Origin: Azolla caroliniana
Lineage: Eukaryota > Plantae > Polypodiophyta
Assembly (NCBI GenBank): GCA_043228905.1
Contig: JBHGNT010000002.1
Coordinates: 23,498,001 to 23,562,000 of the forward strand
Direction: 5' to 3'
Length of the DNA stretch: 64,000 bases
Shown: positions 39,442 through 50,657 of the stretch, one piece after another
Layout: each line of letters begins with the position of its first letter
Numbering within the stretch: the first letter of the stretch is position 1
Notes under the pieces: generated by a model
What the model saw: only the letters and a program-made list of their open reading frames with translations
Told to the model about the DNA's origin: nothing
Databases searched by the model: none
Program-made: the position numbers and the translations under genes

Positions 39442-41639
39442 CCAATGAAGATATTTTAGATTATTCTTTTGTCTATGTTTGTGAATTAGATAGCCCTTTT
39501 TTTGTAAGGTTAGGTGGAGAGTATATATGCCATACTAATTCATTTTTTCTTCCTGTAGATTTCATAGTTTCTAGATTCTTCTTGTAAGAACAAAGCTCCC
39601 TTGGTTTGCGAATGCTGTATTAATTATCATGTTGTTGTTTGTTCTTGTCTGAGATGAATCCGAAACGATTTGGGGTACGTGGGTCATTGCAACTTTACCA
39701 GTCTCGACATAAATGGAAATGGCTCCTAGACTTATCCAAGGGTCATATGTATAGATATCATGGCAGCATTGTCACCCAAACAGTATGATAATTCGTGTGC
39801 CAGAGTAACGCTTGCCATTGACGAAAATCTCCTCCATGGCTCGAGTAGAAAATAAGAATAGGTCGCACCATTTCTGAGCTTATAGTGGAACACGACATAG
39901 AGATCAATTCCATGTCATGTGTCATCGATGCATGTGATTATAACATGAATTTGTGATGTAGGGCATTCTTCATTCTTTTGTTTTCCCTTTGCTAGCTTTG
40001 TTGTGATTTATCATTATTTTTGTATTTGCTTGGAATGTATAGAGGGCTTTAGATGAACAAACCCTTGGTAGGCCACAAAGAATCAATTAAGGCATTTTCA
40101 AAGGCATCCCCTTAGATCCCCACTTTTATAATAATGGAAGGTGGCCCCCCCTACTCACGATATATGGCTTAAGTACCCCACTTTGGGCCTAAGAATTATA
40201 AACCTCTTGGTTATTAGAGGTTATGTTTGTCTTTAACATTAGTGCATTCAGAGTTTGTTGTACTTGTGTCTTGAGTGTGAGAGATGTGAATTCAAGTTTG
40301 AAGAGGATCACAAGCTATGGCTCTCTTGTTTTGTTTGTGTGAACATGCAACTCCATGTCGATGAAAAAAGAGATGTGCAAACCAAACCATGAAGCCTAGT
40401 ATGCTGTTCCAATAGACATTGGACAAGCGTCATTTTGATCCATGACATAACCTTTTGAGTTCCACATTAAGAGGCAAACTCTTTGGTGATCATGTGGCAT
40501 TTACCTATTGTTGTGAAAAGCAATACCACCCTTGTGACTTTGTGGCTTAAATGATACAAAAGAACTATGAACAATGATAGATGCAATTCTTGAGCAAACA
40601 AAAGAAGGGAATGTGTCCATGGCTAGAAATATTTTGTCCTTCGTCGGAAAGCCCTCGAAAGTTAGGAGATCACTCCACTCAAGTCACTTCTCACACTATT
40701 GGAATGTTGTAGCAGTAAGAGGAGCAATAATGGTGAACTAGGGTACATTAGGGATTGATTACCCAACAACCCATTGGTGCAAAGTGATATTGCTAGTTCT
40801 GAAGCCTATTAGACAAGTTCAATAGTTATGACAAGCTTTTGAGCGGCTTTTTGCAACACTTCCAACTTTGTGTCCAAAATGTTGAAGATGATGCAATGAC
40901 TCGATTGCAGAGTAAAGTCAACAACCAAACAACTGACAAAGTGTTGCATCAATGATCTTTAATTTGGTGAGGGAATCATGCAGACAATAAGCAAACAAGA
41001 GATTTGCCAATAACGCTAGCTTTTTAGGGCAGAATTGATCAGAATACTGGAGAAAAGTTTAGAAATTGATCAGGATAGTATCCAAGAGGGGTATTATGGT
41101 AATTTACTATAAGCACAGTGCTATGATAGACAATGTACTTTTACCATAGCGTGTGTTATACCATAAATTGTTATGAGATCTTCACAAAATCTCAAGTGTG
41201 CTTAGCCAAATGCCCAACAATTGTCTGCCAAGTACTCGAATGCCCCCCCCCCCCCATATGTAGTGCACCTTCTAAGAGTAGCGATATGTATTAGAGTTTA
41301 CTATGCTACAAACTTCAAAGTATTCTAGTAATTACAACAAGGCAGCTTCTTGGTTTTATACACTAAGAGTATGTGTATAGAGTATAAATACATACTAGTG
41401 TATACATACATACTACTCTTACTGTTGTACGTACATACTGCTACACATATTGTACTAAGTTGTGTGTGTGTGTGTGTGTTAGTTCTTTCTGTGAGAGGAA
41501 GAGTTTTTGTGTGGGCAGTGTAAGGCCCGATTCTCTGCTCTCTGTCCTGTTTCTGTTCTCTGCAAATATTGAGGTATTTTCTTTCTCTCCCTGTGCCTTT
41601 TTGTATTTTTCCATTTCATTTGAAACTCATAAGTTCATA

Positions 41640-41686
41640 TTCTGTTCTGTTCTGTATTGTATTGTATTGTATTGTATTGTATTGTG
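41640..41686. repeat. (TTCTG)/(TATTG)n pentanucleotide run
   Basis: Directly visible, in the probable 5' UTR intron of the AC19 gene. Confidence 0.85.
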
Positions 41687-42652
41687 CTCTGCTCTGGTAG
41701 GGGCTGTTGTATTGTGTGAGATAGAACAGAAGAAGGAGAAGACATGTTTACGTCCATTGAAAACCTTGGAATGGGTGTATGAGAAAAGAAAGAAAGAAAT
41801 ATTAACGTTTTCTGAGGCCAAAATTGGCCCATGAGACAATTGGTGTACAATAAAATAGGGTGTTTACCCAATCATCGAAATACAAATAAAAATAGGAGGA
41901 GAATATGAGGGGTAAGCTAGATTATATTTAATTATCTTGAGGCCATATGGGACGAACATTATCGTTATCATATTTACTTTTATGGAGTGACTTGGAAGGC
42001 ATATGAGAGAGAACAATAAGAAGAAAGACGAAAGATAAAGAAGATGATGATAATCATCATATTTACTTCCATGAGATGAATTGGAAGGCCTATAAAAGAC
42101 TAAGAAGAAGAAGAAGAAGAAGAATATAAAGCTTAGATACAATCAAATGTTTTATTTTCTCTGCCTTTCTACAGCCTTCACGTGGATTAGAACCTTTTTT
42201 TTCTCATAGATAACTTTGGTGGGTTGCAAGCGTTGGGATAATCTGTCATTCCATATCATTTTAGATCAACATCAGGAATAGACCCTCGTTAACGGCAATC
42301 CATGATGCACCAGGGTTCAAATCTCACTCTATATACACTGTATTACTAGATGCTTGAATCGCAGAATGTAGATGTTGGATGCATGACCTTTTGTTCTTCA
42401 CAGGAAAACCTTAACCAACCGAGCTACAGCCGCCTGGGCATTTTTCATTTCTCTCTCTTTCTCTCTCCATGCGCGCTGCTTGAAAATGTTGCTCTTACCT
42501 CCAAGAACCATAATATACAGGAATTATATTTATCTACCTCCCATTGTTTTTTTGCAATTTCTAATGAGGCATACACTTGAAACTAACCAGAGAGGGGATT
42601 TTTGGTTGTGAAGATAGTTCCACTGTCGTTTTGATATCTTCACTCACACGGA

Positions 42653-43858
42653 ATGGCAACGATGATGGAGTTGGGCTCTGAGGAGGACCCTCGTGCATCC
42701 ACATTCTCATTTGTTGATGAAGATCACACGCTTGGAAATTCTCTACGATATATATTGAATCATGAGTAAGTTTATCCTTCTTCTCTTTTTTCTCCTCTGT
42801 CAGGCTATCATTGTTTTCATTTGTGAGAAGGATCATATATGTTGATTTTTCTGGTTGTATCAAGATATGGTTGTAAGCACTTGGCTTAAATTTTTGGTTA
42901 TATGTTTCCCATCATGCGGCTCAATTGAAAAGCTAATGAATAATTTAAAGTGATGCAATTTTGGGGTTCTGTGCTCGGACTGAATTAGTTTTTGTTACAT
43001 GTTACAAAGTTTGAATTTATCTGATCATTTTTCTTTTACATGCTTTTGTGTAGCCCTCGAGTTGAGTTTTGTGGATACAGTGTCCCGCATCCATCAGAAA
43101 ATCGTGTCAACCTTAGAATTCAAACAACAGGTTCTCTTCCGATACACTGCGAGTGAGGAATACATGGTTATTGAATTCTATCTAGATTTTGGTTTTTAGA
43201 TCAACATACATTTAATAGCAAAAGCTCTTAATTATAGGCCAGCAAAAAGAAAGGAAATTCCTTTTTTGAGTTGTTTTACTTTATTCTTTGAATTATTTCC
43301 TCAAGTTTCTTGTTATTTTCTCTAATGTGCATTCGTCCCCCAAAGTTTTCTTTATATCTCCAATAGCACCTATGTATTCATTATTTCTTCTATTGCCGTT
43401 CAATTATATGTGCTACTTGAACAATTCATGCAGTCAATTCATTTCCTCTATTGCCTGTCGATTATATATGCAATTTGAGTGATTTATTTGGTCAATTCGT
43501 TTCTTCTCTCTTTCTGGAGGTCTACTCCTGGGGATTTTCGGAAAGAATGAAAACTCTGGGGAATTTGGAAGTATATTAACAATAGTCCAATGTCTTGTGA
43601 ATTTCGACAAGAAAAATACTATTGAAATCTGGATTGATTTTTCTTATTTTTGGTTTTATAGGAGATCCGGCCAAGGATGTCCTGAAAGATGCATTGCAAG
43701 ATCTGGTAGCAATGTGTCAGCATGTGAGGACAACATTCGATGCTGCGGTCAACCAACATAAACTCGCGAAAGGGGTTAGCGAAGTGAGTATGAAGTCGGA
43801 CTTGACTGAACCCACATCTAGCCAGAGCAAGGCCTCACAGAAGAAGATAAAAAAGTGA
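42653..43858 (+). CDS. RPAC2: DNA-directed RNA polymerases I and III subunit AC19 (RPAC2/RPC19/POLR1D), ~128 aa. Exons 42653-42765, 43054-43130, 43662-43858
   Basis: The spliced product [78 protein letters not shown]... carries the RNA_pol_L signatures EDHTLGN.LR and FCGYS.PHPSE, which are AC19-type rather than RPB11-type. The first two exons were missed by the ORF track. Confidence 0.92.
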
Positions 43859-45190
43859 AAAACATGGTTTTTTAGTTTTCTTTCCTATCTAGAGTTGTTT
43901 TGAAGACAAAGACAAGTTTCTACAAAAATGATCAGATATACAAATTCTTGTTAAACATGAATATGACTAATTGGACTATAATATAGGGTAATTAGAGCAA
44001 ATTTTTAGGTAAGTTAATGGGGATTGAAGCATTGCTACATATTGTTGTAAATATTGTTTGTGTATTAGTATGATGGTGAACTGAGAGGAAATGGAAACAC
44101 AAAAGAGAGGAATAATTTGAAATTGAGTTCTATTGAAAGAGTCAAATTTGAGAAACTGGTTATTCATGATGGATTATTACTAAACTATGTTAATTGCTTT
44201 ACTTTCTTTAGCAAACATAAATCAATATACCAAGGACATAATTCATAATACCCTTAATATGAATAGTATTTGGAGATGCTTGCATGTGATAGATGTCCTT
44301 ACAGTGGAACCTTGTTTGTCCTTCTACCCCATTATGTTCACAAAACTAGATCAAATCATCAACTCAATTTTCTTGTCAAACACAATCTCATTTTATGTAC
44401 CCACATTGAACATAACTGCATACTCAAGAACAACTATACGAAATTGTCCCTAATCACCTTGTATGGCCGAATCATTAGTAATTCACCATATTGATGGTCA
44501 TCTATCAATTCACACCTCGTGCAGATAGGTGCTGCAGTTTCAATTCCAGCCCAATGGTATCAAGATGGATGGTTCCATTGTGAAGGGAGTAGCCTACAAT
44601 AAGCCGTCTCTTTTGGCATCATTAGAAATAGTTCTAAAACACAGAATATTTGGAATGCATTAAGTAATATCCAAGCAAGAAATATGCATGTCCATAATGA
44701 GCCACACCTTGAGTGTTAGGTAACCAAGTTTGAAAAGGAAAGACATGTTCTACAACATAAGATATAAGAAAACCTAAATAGATAACAACTTTGGCTGTTA
44801 TATGATACAACTTATAAGTTAAAACCTAAATGTCCGAGGGTCTCTCTGCAAAACCTGAAGTGTGGGTCCTTTCCTGTTGTTATGCATTGGATCCTACATA
44901 GACCACAGGACAAGGGACAAAGGAATTCACTAGTGGTCGAGACTTGGGATTCACAGTTATTTAACTAGATCGTTATGATTTGTTGTAAAAGAAACTGTGA
45001 TTTTGATATAGACTTGGGTGTTTGAAGATGATATTAATCTTGAAAGAATAATAATATCTTCAAAGAAAATGGAAAGTATCAAAAGTATCCTTCATAATTA
45101 GGGTCATATTGATTCAAACTGATAATATACATTAATGTACTGATAACCTACCATGATTCATGTACTTCACTGTTACCTCACATGCTTCAC

Positions 45191-48100
45191 TCAAGAGGCA
45201 TTGTTTTGGTTTACCTTCATCGCACTTTCGAATGCGTCTTTTCCAAGAGCCACATTTCCACAATCTCGACAAAAACTTAAGATACTATGCCACACCACAA
45301 GATTAGCACAAAATGGCAACTTTTTTGCCATTTGGATTGCCTTGTGTATATCTCCTTTGCGACAAAGGAGATAAACCATCCCCGTAGCATGTTTCAATGT
45401 TGGTGCAATGCCATATTCTTTAGTCATGACCTCAAGATACATGTGGCTATTATAAAACAAGCCAACCTGACCACATGCATTTAGTACAATAAGAAAGGTA
45501 ACTTCACTTGGTCTAACACCTTGTCCGAGGATTTTACGAAATAGATGGAGAACCTTTCCATTTTCTCCAAGCTGTGAATATCCTGTAAGAAGTGCATTCC
45601 AAGAGACTATGTCCCCAACTTGGGCCTTTTCTCGCACTTTAAATGCTTCTCCAAGCAAGCCACACTTAGCATACATATCGATTAAAGTATTGCCAACCAT
45701 ACCAGTACATCTGTGCGATAGCAATCCTTTTTTTTCCATTTCAGAATGTATCTCTTGACCCTTCTTTATTACTCCTAGATTGCTACAAGCTTGCAGGCTA
45801 CAAATAAATGTCACAAGATTTGGGCAGACACGTTCAAGCTGCATCCTTTCAAAAGATTTCAATGCTTCCTCTCCATGGCCATGTTTTACATGCCCTGTGA
45901 TTAGTGCTGTCCAAGATACAACATTTCGGATCGGAAGCTTAATAAAAACTTCCTCTACCTTAGAAAACATTCCAAGTTCGAAATAGGTATCAACTAAAGT
46001 ATTACTGATAAGAGGGTTGGTCCCAACAATGTTCCTTTGGTTGAGTATTGCATGTATTTCTCCACATTTCTTGGACGATTTTATGTCTCCGCATGCTTTC
46101 AAGCTGCCCAAATATGTGACAGCATTTGGAAACATGCCTTCAAGTTGCATTTGCTCAACGCACTCAAGTGCTTTTTCACCATGCCCATGTTCAGCATACC
46201 CTGTTATTAGCACATTCCATGACACAACATCACGACAAATGGGAAGTTTATCAAAAATATCATGTGCTACGGTGAGAATGCCACATTTAGCATACATGCC
46301 CATCACAGCATTGCTTGCAATTATGTCTCTGTCCAATAAACCCATTCTTTCAATATCCATGTGTATGTTTTGCCCTTTGTTCAATGCTCCTGTCATGCCA
46401 CATGCTTTCAAAATAGAAACCAAAGTGAAAGCATCAGGAGAAATACCTTCAAGGTGCATAAGGTCGAAACATTCAATGGCTTTATCACCATGTCCATGTT
46501 CAACATATCCCATAATTAGTGATGTCCATGAGGAAACGTCTCGTGCCCAAAGCTTATCAACCAAGTTCCGTGCTTCTTCAAGAAAGCCACACATTGCATA
46601 CATATGGACTAACTCGTTGCCAATGATAGAAAAGTCTCCTTCAAAATTACCAATGCATCCAATTTGACAATGCAATTCTTTGCCTTTAACTATGGCTTCT
46701 ATACTCTCACATGCTTTCAAAATGGAGATAAAAGTAATGGCATTGGGAGAGATACCTTCGGATTGCATCTGCTCAAAACACCTCAGAGCTTGTTCGCAAT
46801 GTCCACATTCTACATATCCTTTGATGATTGTGGTCCATGAAATAACATTCCGATCAAAGCTATTGCCAAAAATTTCTTCAGCTTTTTCGATGAAACCAAA
46901 TTTGGCATACATATTGATCAAGGCATTTCTAACAACAGGATCTCTCCCCAGTGGCCCCATCTTGTCAATGTCAGAATGAATGTTTTGACCTTTCTTTATA
47001 TCACCAATGTTAGCACAAGCTTTTAAGCTACAGACATAAGAAACACTATCAGGAGAGACGCCATCGAGCTGCATATGCTCAAAACACATGATTGCTGCTT
47101 CATTGTGGCCATATTCCACATATCCGGTGATTAATACATTCCATGAGACTGTATCTCTAACCTGGATACTTTCAAAGGTTCGCCGCGCCTCATGCAGAAA
47201 GCCGCATTTTGCATACATATCTATCAATGTGTTTCCAATAGAAATATTGGCTTCTGATAATCCCTTCTTCTCAATCTCAATATGTATTTCATGGCCCTTA
47301 TCAATGGCCCCTATGTTTCCACAAGCTTTCAAGCTCCAAACAAAACTCAGAGTATTTAGAAGGACACCCTCAAGTTGCATGTGTTTAAAATACTTGACTG
47401 CTTCTTCATTATTGTCTTGTTCAACATATCCTGAAATAAGTGCATTCCATGACACGGAGTTTCGAGCAGGCAATGTATCAAACACTTCCAAAGCCTCCAT
47501 AAATAAACCACATTTGATATACATATCAACCAAATTGTTACCAATGTTAAGATCTTCCTGTACCAATGCTCTCTTCTCAACCTCAGCATGTATTTCTTGA
47601 CCCTTGTCCATGGCATATATATTCCCACATGCTTTTAAGATGTAAATTAGAGTGAGAGTACTTGAGAGGACACCCTCAGCTTGCATACTATCAAAGTGTT
47701 TGAGTGCTTCAACGCTCTTTCCCTGATCAATATAACCAGTAATAAATGTAGTCCATGGGGTTACTCCACGAATGGGAAGAACATCGAACACTTCCTGTGC
47801 TTTAGTTAGACACCCACACTTCATATACATGTTGACCATGGCATTACCCACAAACACATCTTTATATAAAATACCTCTCCTTTCAATCTCGATATGTATT
47901 TGACACCCCTTGTTAATAGTTTTGAGGGTGCCACAGCATTTCAAGATACAAACAAATGTCAATGCATCTGGAAAGATACCCTCCAGTTGCATTTGTTCAA
48001 AGCATGTTATTGCTTGTTCATCATGTCCATGGTCAGAATACCCTGAAATGAGTGATGTCCACGTGATGACATTTCGAACTGAAAGCTCATTAAATATAAC

Positions 48101-49111
48101 TTTCGCTTTTTCCAGGAAGCCACACTTGGCATAAATATCAACCAATGTATTGACAAGAACAATATCTCTTTCCAAAGTTCTTTTCCCTTTTATCTGAGTA
48201 TATATCTCATCAACCTTGTCTATTGCACTGATGTTACCACAAGCCTTCAGACAGGATGCAAATGTATGAGCATTTGGAGACACACTAGCAGCTTTCATCT
48301 CTTCAAAATATTCAAGTGCTTTCATAGAAGCCCCATGTTCAACACACCCTGCAATGAGAGCAGTCCAGGAAACTACATCCCTGATAGAAAGCCTATTGAA
48401 AACTTTTGCTGCTTTCTCAACCAAGCCATGTTTGCAATACATATTAACCAAGGCATTACCAGCAGTAACTTCTTTTTCCAGAAACCCATTCCCTTCAATC
48501 TCGACATGTAGTTCTTGACCTTTTCTTGTCTCTCCAATAATACCACATGCTTTCAAGCTGCAAACAAATGTAACATTGTTCGGAGAAACACCCTCCAATC
48601 GCATTCGATCAAAACATCTAACTGCCTCTTCACCATGACCATAGTCAGTATATCCTGTTATTAGTGCCGTCCATGAGACTACATCCCGAATAGAAAGTTC
48701 ATCTAATAGGTTTTGTGCCTTTGAGAGCGAACCACACTTTGTATACATGTCAACCAATGTATTAGTAACAAAGAGATCAGTCATCAATAAACCTCTTTTT
48801 GAAATATCCGAATGTAATTCAACCCCTTTGTTAAAGTCTTTCAGCATCGTACAAGCTCTCAATAGTGCTACATAGGTGTGTCCAGTGATACACAAAGAAT
48901 CATCCTTTCCCAATTTCTTATACAAGGCTAGACCATCATGTAGTTTTCCACATTTGATATAACCAGTAATAAGAGAATTCCAAGACAAGGAGTTTGTGTT
49001 TACCAGCCTATCAAAAACCTGTTGAGCATCATCCATTCGAGAAATTTTTATCATTTCTACAGAAAGGTAGTTTCCACATGATGGGTCACCTTCAAGCACA
49101 AACTTGTGCAT
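45191..49111 (-). CDS. PLS-class pentatricopeptide repeat protein (1306 aa, ~12 P-L-S triplets, E1 motif, no DYW); putative organellar RNA-editing specificity factor
   Basis: Uninterrupted ORF with a ~102-aa period: VVSWTALITGY (P), TFV..LKAC (L), N.LVDMYAKCG (S). It ends S2-E1 (VVWHSILSFCRDCGNVALGKDAFE) and then stops. Confidence 0.93.
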   Translation of the reverse strand: MHKFVLEGDPSCGNYLSVEMIKISRMDDAQQVFDRLVNTNSLSWNSLITGYIKCGKLHDGLALYKKLGKDDSLCITGHTYVALLRACTMLKDFNKGVELHSDISKRGLLMTDLFVTNTLVDMYTKCGSLSKAQNLLDELSIRDVVSWTALITGYTDYGHGEEAVRCFDRMRLEGVSPNNVTFVCSLKACGIIGETRKGQELHVEIEGNGFLEKEVTAGNALVNMYCKHGLVEKAAKVFNRLSIRDVVSWTALIAGCVEHGASMKALEYFEEMKAASVSPNAHTFASCLKACGNISAIDKVDEIYTQIKGKRTLERDIVLVNTLVDIYAKCGFLEKAKVIFNELSVRNVITWTSLISGYSDHGHDEQAITCFEQMQLEGIFPDALTFVCILKCCGTLKTINKGCQIHIEIERRGILYKDVFVGNAMVNMYMKCGCLTKAQEVFDVLPIRGVTPWTTFITGYIDQGKSVEALKHFDSMQAEGVLSSTLTLIYILKACGNIYAMDKGQEIHAEVEKRALVQEDLNIGNNLVDMYIKCGLFMEALEVFDTLPARNSVSWNALISGYVEQDNNEEAVKYFKHMQLEGVLLNTLSFVWSLKACGNIGAIDKGHEIHIEIEKKGLSEANISIGNTLIDMYAKCGFLHEARRTFESIQVRDTVSWNVLITGYVEYGHNEAAIMCFEHMQLDGVSPDSVSYVCSLKACANIGDIKKGQNIHSDIDKMGPLGRDPVVRNALINMYAKFGFIEKAEEIFGNSFDRNVISWTTIIKGYVECGHCEQALRCFEQMQSEGISPNAITFISILKACESIEAIVKGKELHCQIGCIGNFEGDFSIIGNELVHMYAMCGFLEEARNLVDKLWARDVSSWTSLIMGYVEHGHGDKAIECFDLMHLEGISPDAFTLVSILKACGMTGALNKGQNIHMDIERMGLLDRDIIASNAVMGMYAKCGILTVAHDIFDKLPICRDVVSWNVLITGYAEHGHGEKALECVEQMQLEGMFPNAVTYLGSLKACGDIKSSKKCGEIHAILNQRNIVGTNPLISNTLVDTYFELGMFSKVEEVFIKLPIRNVVSWTALITGHVKHGHGEEALKSFERMQLERVCPNLVTFICSLQACSNLGVIKKGQEIHSEMEKKGLLSHRCTGMVGNTLIDMYAKCGLLGEAFKVREKAQVGDIVSWNALLTGYSQLGENGKVLHLFRKILGQGVRPSEVTFLIVLNACGQVGLFYNSHMYLEVMTKEYGIAPTLKHATGMVYLLCRKGDIHKAIQMAKKLPFCANLVVWHSILSFCRDCGNVALGKDAFESAMKVNQNNAS

Positions 49112-49299
49112 ATCTGTATGTGTAAGATTATACTAACACCCATTCTTATTCACAAGATTCTCTTTCTCTTATTCACAGAGGTTAATAGGTGTTTCCATTT
49201 TTCCCATTGTAGTCTTACTAAGTTTGGATTAAATACATGAAAGCACATTCATATATAGTCATTCCTGTGCGAAAATTCGTACCTGAAAATGAGCATTTC

Positions 49300-50280
49300 T
49301 GGAAAAGGAGGCACAAACCAGAAAAAAAACACGACCTTCACTTACATTGCTTCTTATCCATAATACTGGAATGTGGACATTCTATGTAACTCCACCATAT
49401 ATAGCCATTCTTATGGTGAATTCAATATAGAAATGTGGATAGATAGGAAAACCACATACGATTGTCCCTTGTTCATAATACTAGAATATCCATATTTTTA
49501 TGCAATTCCACCTTTCTATAAAAGTGGGTATTTCTGGGGAAGAGACCCAAAACAGATTCTTGACCACAACACTGGAATGTGGAATTTTCAAGTTAACTCC
49601 ACGCTAGAAATGTGGATAATTTCAGGAAAAGAAGAAGACATGAAAAAACCCAACATGTTTACTTACATTGCCTCCTGTTTCAATTTGCCATCGCCATACT
49701 TGAGATATAGACATTTCAGGAAAAGAGGTAGAAACCATGGTAACCGGAATAAATGTACTTGCATTGCACCTTGTTTCCAGCACTGGAATGTGGGTTTTTC
49801 ATGGGATTCCACCATACTAGAATTGTTTACCGTTCTGGAAAATATAGAAAAACCCAACACTCCCATGCTATAAATGTGAATTTTTTCTGGAAATGATGGG
49901 CAAATCATGAAAACCCACAAAATCTACTTACATTTGCTTCTTGTTCCTAACACTGGAATGTAGATGTTTTCATTAGATTCCACCGTACTAGAAATGTGGA
50001 TATGAACACAGCATATGAGTCCACGCCATTCAACTTAAATTGCTTATTGAGGCCAACATTGGAATGTGTAGGATTTTTCATGCAACTCGACCAAGCTCTA
50101 AATGTGCTATTTACAGAAAAAGAGGAACAAAAAAACACAGGAAATGGATCCACAAAAGTCCACTTACATTGCTCATTGTGGCCAATACTGGGAAATGTGG
50201 ACTTACCAAATAGCTCCACCATGCTATAAATGTTTATACATCCCAGAAGTGCGAGACATGAACATGGAATGTGATCGCCC
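49300..50280. repeat. Degenerate tandem array (~8 units of ~100-130 bp) upstream of the PPR ORF
   Basis: Recurring cttacattgc...ttgtt...aa[c/t]actggaatgtgg...ctccacc...ctagaaatgtgga...ttctggaaa. Confidence 0.7.
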
Positions 50281-50574
50281 AACAGAGAGAAACTCCATAG
50301 ATTGTTTTAGTCTCATGGTAACTATTGGGAAATCTACAAAAAATATACATAAATTTCAAAAATTTCAGAAATATCCCTAAGACTCAAGAGGTGGGTAACT
50401 AAAAATTCCATGGATTGTTTTAGTCTCATAGTAAATATTGGGAAATCTACCAAAACTACACATAACTTTCCGAAATTTCAAAAATACCCCTAAGAGGTGG
50501 GTGGGTTGCAAGTGACTAATAAAAAAAAGAAGGGGGGGGGGGGGGGGGGGGGCAAAAAGGAACAAAGCTCATAT

Positions 50575-50657
50575 AGTTGTAACTTTATCGGTAAGGTTGT
50601 CCAGTGGAAACCAAAAGGTCATGTGTTCAACCCCTACATTTTGTGGTGGCATCTAGT
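50575..50657 (+). mobile_element. tRNA-derived SINE (same family as 19849-20010)
   Basis: tgtaactttatcggtaaggttgtccagtggaaaccaaaaggtcatgtgttcaacccctacatt...tggcatctag aligns by eye to the minus-strand copy at 19849-19930. Confidence 0.65.

Noticed and set aside
40060-40980. LTR-like block and gypsy RNase H/integrase scraps (DHVAF ~ DH.AL)
   Set aside because: Weak similarity only; no paired LTR, PBS or TSD found.
45780-48511. Long plus-strand ORFs (e.g. 46017-46667, 47088-47600)
   Set aside because: Antisense shadows of the PPR coding sequence.
49300-50280. CRISPR-like repeat-spacer array, or coding ORF 49373-49873
   Set aside because: The repeats are degenerate, the intervening sequences are themselves homologous, there are no cas genes and the context is eukaryotic; the ORF is a translation of the repeat.
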